NCBI GenBank assembly: GCA_965223345.1
Contig: CBDCWG010000012.1
Coordinates: forward strand, 608,001 to 672,000
Source: Nitrospinales bacterium
Lineage (GTDB): Bacteria > Nitrospinota > Nitrospinia > Nitrospinales > VA-1
DNA length: 64,000 nt
Direction: 5' to 3'
Shown: piece after piece, positions 59,045-64,000 of the stretch
How positions within the stretch are numbered: the stretch's first letter is position 1
Layout: each line of letters begins with the position of its first letter
The notes under the pieces: model-generated
Seen by the model: only the letters and a program-made list of their open reading frames with translations
Database searches by the model: none
What the model was told of the DNA's origin: nothing
Position numbers and translations under genes: made by a program

Positions 59045-60397
59045 AGCGTGGCCTCCAGCGCGCGTTTCCCGCCACAATCCCAAAAACCGTCCACAAACGG
59101 AGGCGCAAGCACATGCTGCCTGAATCCGCACAGGGAATGCGCTTCACTCACACCCTGGCAATGCGTGACGAGAACCTGATCCAGCCAGCCGTTATTTTTC
59201 AGCCGCGACAGAAATGCAAGCAGCGGCAACAGAGAGGTGGGTGTCAGCGCGTCCGCTTCCAGACACAGCAGCTTCAGAGTCGGCAACCCGGATCGTTCGC
59301 GCAGGCGCGCGTGCCTGTGCAGCAGCGCCGCCGAAAGAGCCGCGGTGAGGACGAGACGCCAGGCGGTGTCCAGCGTGTGCAGAGGCAGGAAGCGGCCCCG
59401 CAGGCAGCAGCCCATGACGAAACGCTCTCCCCTGCCCTTGATCGCGAACCGGAAATCGCAATAAACGGAACGAAGCAGCGCATCGACTTCTTCTTCCAAC
59501 GCGTTCAAAAAACGCGTCTCGATCCCGCCCAGGATTCCCTTGAACCCGAGCGCTTCGGAAACACTCTTGACCAACCGGCAGCGGGATTCTGTTTGAGCGC
59601 CATGCTGCCTGCCGGTTCTGGATTTCTCCAACCGGATGTCTTGGGCGAGACGGCGTTGCACCCTCTGGATGTTCTGCAAACCAGAGAGCGAATCCAGCCA
59701 GCAGGAAAACGCATCCCACGACGTTATCGACCCGCCTGCCCAAGGCGGTGTCCAACTCATCAAAGCGCTGCAACAACGTTTCGGACAGGCCAGCCAGGGA
59801 CCGGCGGTTCGGCTGCCCCGGTGTTTCCGCTTGCAATGGGGGGTTGTGCTCGGGCAAGGCTTGCCTGAGACGGCGCTTTCCCCAAAACCGCTCGAAAAGC
59901 CGGGCCAGCGTGTGGAAGCGGGTCGATTCTTTGTCCGGGCACTCGGCGGGCAGCACATAGCTGAAAAACCAGTCCCGCCTTGTTTTGCAACCGGGTCCGG
60001 CGCCATCGAGAAACGGGAGTGTGGGAAACAGCACGCCGAGCCGCCGCGTAACCCAGCGGTGGCCTTCTGCATAATTTCTGTCAATCCCGTCGATGCGGAT
60101 GCGGCTTCTGGCTCCCAGGCCGCCGTCCTGCGTGAACACGCGTTCCACCTGCAGGCGGCACCGGTCTGTTGATACAGAAATTTCAACGGTGATTTTGGCG
60201 GATGATGTGAAGCGAAGAATGTCATCGATCTGGTGTGCGCGGCCGGGAATCGAACCGGCCAGGCTCAACTGCAGGGCCTCGATCACCGCCGTCTTGCCGG
60301 CCCCGTTCCGATTGCCGGAGGTGATCAGATCGAGACCGGAAAGCGGCACCTCCAGCGCGAGATCCTTGAAACCAGTTGTCTTTAAGTGCAAATCCAT
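59041..60397 (-). pseudogene. SMC/Rad50-head-like ATPase split across two frames
   Basis: N-half has Walker A GNRNGAGKTAVIEAL; C-half in another frame has LLCLEADAL and QVLVTH; junction near 59700-59760. Confidence 0.65.
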
Positions 60398-60503
60398 GCG
60401 CCCGCCTGTGGTTGGCATTCGATTGCAATGAAATGCTATAATTGGGCGGCGTTGCCGCCGCACCGGGCCGAAGAGCCTTTCGTCCCCCTGTGAAAACAAT
60501 AAT

Positions 60504-60527
60504 GGGACATTTGTCCCCTTCTGTCAA
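60504..60527 (-). promoter_or_regulatory. Operator palindrome within a sigma70-type promoter
   Basis: GGGACA-TT-TGTCCC (60504-60517) lies in the 17-bp spacer between TTGACA (60522-60527, minus strand) and CATTAT. Confidence 0.65.
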
Positions 60528-60547
60528 GTGGTATTTTTCCTTTTTTG

Positions 60548-61435
60548 ATGCCGACTCCGGATATCTGGGACCGAATTTCGATGCTTCAGGAGGGCGAACC
60601 CCTCACGGTCTTTTGCCGCAAGGTGGCCCTGAATTATCAGGCCATGAAAAAGAGTTCGCAAAGAAAGACCGCGCCGGACACGCAATCTCTTGAAAAAATC
60701 GCGCGTTTTTTCCGCGCCGACCTTCGCTGGCTGGTGACGGGGGAGCGGCACACGACCCGTTTGAGTCTGCGCGTGGGGAGGAAACTGAAGGAATTTCGCA
60801 AGCACAAGGGCTGGTCGCCCGATGAGCTGGCGGCAAAGCTGTCGCTGAACGCGGACGTCCTGCAAATGTATGAAAAGGGGATCGGCCAGATTCCCCTGGA
60901 TCTTTTGAACGAGCTGGCAAAAAAACTCGGCGCCGCTCCGCACGAATTTTTACTGGAAGGCGAAGCGCACCCGGCCCGGCCCCCGGAATTCAAAGTCATC
61001 CAGGCGGCGAGCGCGAAACCTGCCATGAAACTGAACGAGGAAGATTTCGTGTCCATCCCGTTGACCGCCTCCTCGATCGCAGCGGGTCATCCCATCATCC
61101 AGGAAAACGCCATCGAGGATTATGTGCTGCTGCACGTGCGCGCGGTGGGAAGAAGAAAGAATCTCGTCGCCAGCCGGGTGGACGGCGAATCCATGGAACC
61201 GATGCTGCGCTCCGGCGACATCGTGGTGATCGACCGCAACGATAAAAAAATTCAAAAGAACCGGATCTATGCTATCTTTTTCGAAGAAGGGCTGACCGCG
61301 AAATACGTCGAAAAACAGAAAGACATGCTCGTCCTGCGCCCCGTCAATCCCAACGCCCAGGTGCAAATCGTCTCCTTGAACGAACATCCCGATCCCGTAG
61401 TCGGCAGGATCATCGGAGCGTGGAAGGAATTGTAA
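60548..61435 (+). CDS. CI/LexA-like repressor: two HTH domains plus an S24 autopeptidase
   Basis: WLVTGE; XRE HTH LKEFRKHKGWS..YEKG; AAG cleavage site; GESMEP (Ser) and AKY (Lys). Confidence 0.9.
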   Translation: MPTPDIWDRISMLQEGEPLTVFCRKVALNYQAMKKSSQRKTAPDTQSLEKIARFFRADLRWLVTGERHTTRLSLRVGRKLKEFRKHKGWSPDELAAKLSLNADVLQMYEKGIGQIPLDLLNELAKKLGAAPHEFLLEGEAHPARPPEFKVIQAASAKPAMKLNEEDFVSIPLTASSIAAGHPIIQENAIEDYVLLHVRAVGRRKNLVASRVDGESMEPMLRSGDIVVIDRNDKKIQKNRIYAIFFEEGLTAKYVEKQKDMLVLRPVNPNAQVQIVSLNEHPDPVVGRIIGAWKEL

Positions 61436-61454
61436 AACCCCTCACGCAAACGCC

Positions 61455-61898
61455 ATGAACAACCCCGATTCCGCTTCTCCCAGGGAAGGACTGAAAATTC
61501 TGGTGGCGGACGACACCCCGCTCAACCTGCACCTGGCCAGCAAGCTACTCACCCGCAAGGGGCATCAGGTGGTTGCGGTGGACAACGGGGTCAAGGTCCT
61601 GACCGCGATCGAAAAGGAAATGTTCGACGCGATTCTCATGGACCTGCAGATGCCCGTGATGGACGGCATCGAAGCGACGCAAAAAATCCGCCAGTCGGAA
61701 GCGAGAGGACTGAAGACCAACCGCTCGGCCCCGGAAAAAAAAATTCCCATCATCGCCCTTACCGCGAACGACGAGCGCGGCGCGCACAAAACCTGCCTGG
61801 ATGCGGGAATGGACGGCGTGATTGCCAAACCCATCGAAGTGAAAACGCTGATGGACACCATCACCGCGATCATCGACCAATCCGAATCCTCTGCCTGA
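61455..61898 (+). CDS. Single-domain response regulator
   Basis: ADD, LMDLQMPVMDG, PIIALTAN, AGMD..KP motifs. Confidence 0.92.
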   Translation: MNNPDSASPREGLKILVADDTPLNLHLASKLLTRKGHQVVAVDNGVKVLTAIEKEMFDAILMDLQMPVMDGIEATQKIRQSEARGLKTNRSAPEKKIPIIALTANDERGAHKTCLDAGMDGVIAKPIEVKTLMDTITAIIDQSESSA

Positions 61899-62053
61899 CC
61901 CGGTCCATCCGCCCAGGGCGACCGTTCCGCCGAACAAAGCCGCACACAATTTCTAAATAATTTGCGCCAAGTTTCAACGCACGGGGGATTTCCTTTGCTT
62001 CGGTTATGCGAAGTATGCTATTGGAATACCGATAACCCAAAAAGGAAACCACC

Positions 62054-62983
62054 ATGCGGAACACAATTGTTTTTGCACTCGCTTTTGTCTTCGTCGTTGC
62101 AATCAACGATGCCGTGCACGCAGAAGGCGTTTACTTCTCAGGGCAAGGCGGAGTGACTTTCCTGGAGGATGCGGACAATAAGGGGGGCGGTGTTGTCATC
62201 GAAAGCAACACGAAAACAGGGTTCAACGCCGGCGGTGCCATCGGTTATAAATTTAATGAAAATTTTCGCGCCGAGGTGGAGGCATCCTACAAACGAAACG
62301 ATCTGGATACTCTGAGAGTCACCCAATCTCCGCTCGGGTTTGTTACCGGAACGCCTGTCGATACCGAAGGCGACATCACATCGAGATCGGTCTTAGCGAA
62401 TATTATCTGGGACTTTGTAAACAGTTCGCAGGTCACGCCCTATGTTATGGGCGGCGCCGGGATCGCTAACATCGACCTGAATGATGTCCGGGTGGGATCC
62501 ATTCTTTTTTCAGATGACGACGCCACGGTGTTCGCTTACCAGTTTGGCGGTGGTGTTGAAGTTGCGGCTTCGAAAACCGTGGGATTTTTTCTTGACTACA
62601 AGTTATTCGGGACATCGGATCCTGAACTCAAAGACAGCGCCGGATTTGATTTCGAATCCGAAGTATTCAGCCACAATATTTCAGCCGGAATCCGAATCTA
62701 TCTGTCCCCCCGAGAGAGAGTCGCGAAAAGAGGTTCCGCAGGCAAGACCCGGAGGGTTCGATCCGCCCCGCCGCCGCCAGCGCGGGAAGCGACGATCTAC
62801 CCCAGGCCCGGCGCAGACAGCGAACCCGGGGACTCCACGGCTTATTTCGTGAGAGAAACTCAAATGCAGAAAGACAAACGGGAATGTGCGGCGATCACGT
62901 TTCCCGAAGACGATCACATCCCGCCCTATTCCGCCAGGTTTCTTGCCTGCATGAAATCGCGCGGCTGGGTGCCGAAAAAATAA
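62054..62983 (+). CDS. Outer-membrane beta-barrel (OmpA/opacity-type) with a C-terminal extension
   Basis: Signal peptide; G.YFSG.GG; GAIGY.F..FRAEVE; TPYVMGGAG; FAYQ; GIRIY; then a Pro/Arg linker and C..CMKSRGW. Confidence 0.82.
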   Translation: MRNTIVFALAFVFVVAINDAVHAEGVYFSGQGGVTFLEDADNKGGGVVIESNTKTGFNAGGAIGYKFNENFRAEVEASYKRNDLDTLRVTQSPLGFVTGTPVDTEGDITSRSVLANIIWDFVNSSQVTPYVMGGAGIANIDLNDVRVGSILFSDDDATVFAYQFGGGVEVAASKTVGFFLDYKLFGTSDPELKDSAGFDFESEVFSHNISAGIRIYLSPRERVAKRGSAGKTRRVRSAPPPPAREATIYPRPGADSEPGDSTAYFVRETQMQKDKRECAAITFPEDDHIPPYSARFLACMKSRGWVPKK

Positions 62984-62987
62984 CGGC

Positions 62988-63260
62988 TCACAATTTTTTC
63001 TCGATCCGCTCCAGCGTTTTGTTGATGTTCTTGATTTCGTTCTCGATCACGCCCACCTTCACGTCCAGTTCCCGGTACCACTGATTGTCCTGGTTCTTCA
63101 GTTCGATCATCTGATCGTACTTCTCCTTCAGCCTATTCACTTCTTCCTGCGATGCCCAGGGGAAGTCGCCGAACGCGGTGAGCAGGGCTCCCGCCATCAT
63201 CAGGGTCACCACGGTGGTGATGAACGGGACCGGAAATCCCAGGTCTATGAGTTTCTGCAT
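62988..63260 (-). CDS. Small TM plus coiled-coil protein (phage-like)
   Basis: N-terminal TM; C-terminal VIENEIKNINKTLERIEKKL; GGAG RBS. Confidence 0.65.
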   Translation of the reverse strand: MQKLIDLGFPVPFITTVVTLMMAGALLTAFGDFPWASQEEVNRLKEKYDQMIELKNQDNQWYRELDVKVGVIENEIKNINKTLERIEKKL

Positions 63261-63271
63261 GGCTCCCCCTT

Positions 63272-64000
63272 TTATTTAGCCACCCAGCCGGTGTTGGTGC
63301 CGGTGCCGGTTTCCTTCATCCATAAAACTTTATTTCCTGTGCCGTTCGGCACGAAGGCCATCGCGCACGGGTCGGCGGTCACATCGCCGTTCGGGTCGCC
63401 GTCTCCCTCGAAAAAGTGAAAGGTGCATTTGCCGATCTGCCCGACCGTGTAAGAAGAAAGCGAACCGATGAAGCCGGTGCGCTGCACGCTGACGATGGAA
63501 CGATCGACGTGGTCCACAATGCGGTCGTAGCCGTTGGCGATGACGTTCTTCCAGCTGATTTCGGGATCGCCGCCGGACCCGGCAAACACTTTGATGACCG
63601 CTTCGTTGACTCCCGGCGTGGTTTTGTGCGCGAACAGTTCGTTGATCGATATCGTGAGGGCGTTGTCGCCCGCTGTGGGGTAGTAGCAGATCACGCAGTC
63701 GTGCAGCGTGGCGCCTGCGCCCTGCGCTTCGGTCTCCATGCCGTAAATCGCAAAGTTTCCGGGGCCGTTGGAGTTGTCGTCGATGCGGACGGGCTCGTTG
63801 CCGCTGTTGTCGAACTGGACCCCATACCACACGATGTTCGTGGTGCTCGACTGCGTTTCACGCGTGAACTTGAAGAAGTGGGTATCGCAACCGAACGCCG
63901 CGACGTTGAAGAGATACAGGTTGACGGCGTTTTTATCGATATCCAGACAGGTGCGCGGCGCATCGCGGAACTGCACGTTGATGAAAGCCGCGTTGCCGCC
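63272..64000 (-). CDS. Beta-rich protein resembling a phage tailspike/fibre C-terminus (5' end lies outside the window)
   Basis: Frame is open to the window edge; ends GDGDPNGDVTA..LWMKETGTGTNTGWVAK. Confidence 0.6.
   Translation of the reverse strand, partial: GGNAAFINVQFRDAPRTCLDIDKNAVNLYLFNVAAFGCDTHFFKFTRETQSSTTNIVWYGVQFDNSGNEPVRIDDNSNGPGNFAIYGMETEAQGAGATLHDCVICYYPTAGDNALTISINELFAHKTTPGVNEAVIKVFAGSGGDPEISWKNVIANGYDRIVDHVDRSIVSVQRTGFIGSLSSYTVGQIGKCTFHFFEGDGDPNGDVTADPCAMAFVPNGTGNKVLWMKETGTGTNTGWVAK

Noticed and set aside
60413..60426. TGGCATTCGATTGC as a sigma54 promoter
   Set aside because: Spacing is GG-N9-GC, one base short of the strict requirement.

Overview
The window has three parts. 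(i) About 1-14,970 is a visibly AT-rich island carrying polysaccharide genes (GT4 glycosyltransferase, acyltransferase, Wzc-like protein, galE), a beta-helix protein, a P4-type integrase, an IS3-family element with a nonsense mutation, and a CI-like/HTH pair. It ends just before tRNA-Thr(CGT) at 14974-15048. (ii) About 15,050-21,050 is a patchwork of fragments and membrane or exported hypotheticals, including a sigma54 promoter and a tRNA-like structured leader in front of an SPFH/slipin gene. (iii) About 21,080-63,000 is GC-rich chromosomal backbone: a repeat-extended Pal-like lipoprotein, a two-component pair, flgFGAHIJNKL, coaD, an aminotransferase, lnt, a DnaC-like loader, argA/argH, rsmI, parAB with parS-like sites, rsmG, etfAB, and a CI-controlled module. 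Phage-like genes begin at the right edge. The host looks Nitrospina-like (Nitrospinota); this is an impression, not demonstrated. The best candidate for an undescribed system lies at 48,688-51,861, beside parAB. It is a MinD/ParA-like ATPase with a large insertion, followed by a bactofilin and a membrane-anchored L,D-transpeptidase. The last two share an unannotated ~63-aa N-terminal domain (25/63 identical, gapless, counted by hand). All homology calls are by eye from motifs; no database searches were run.
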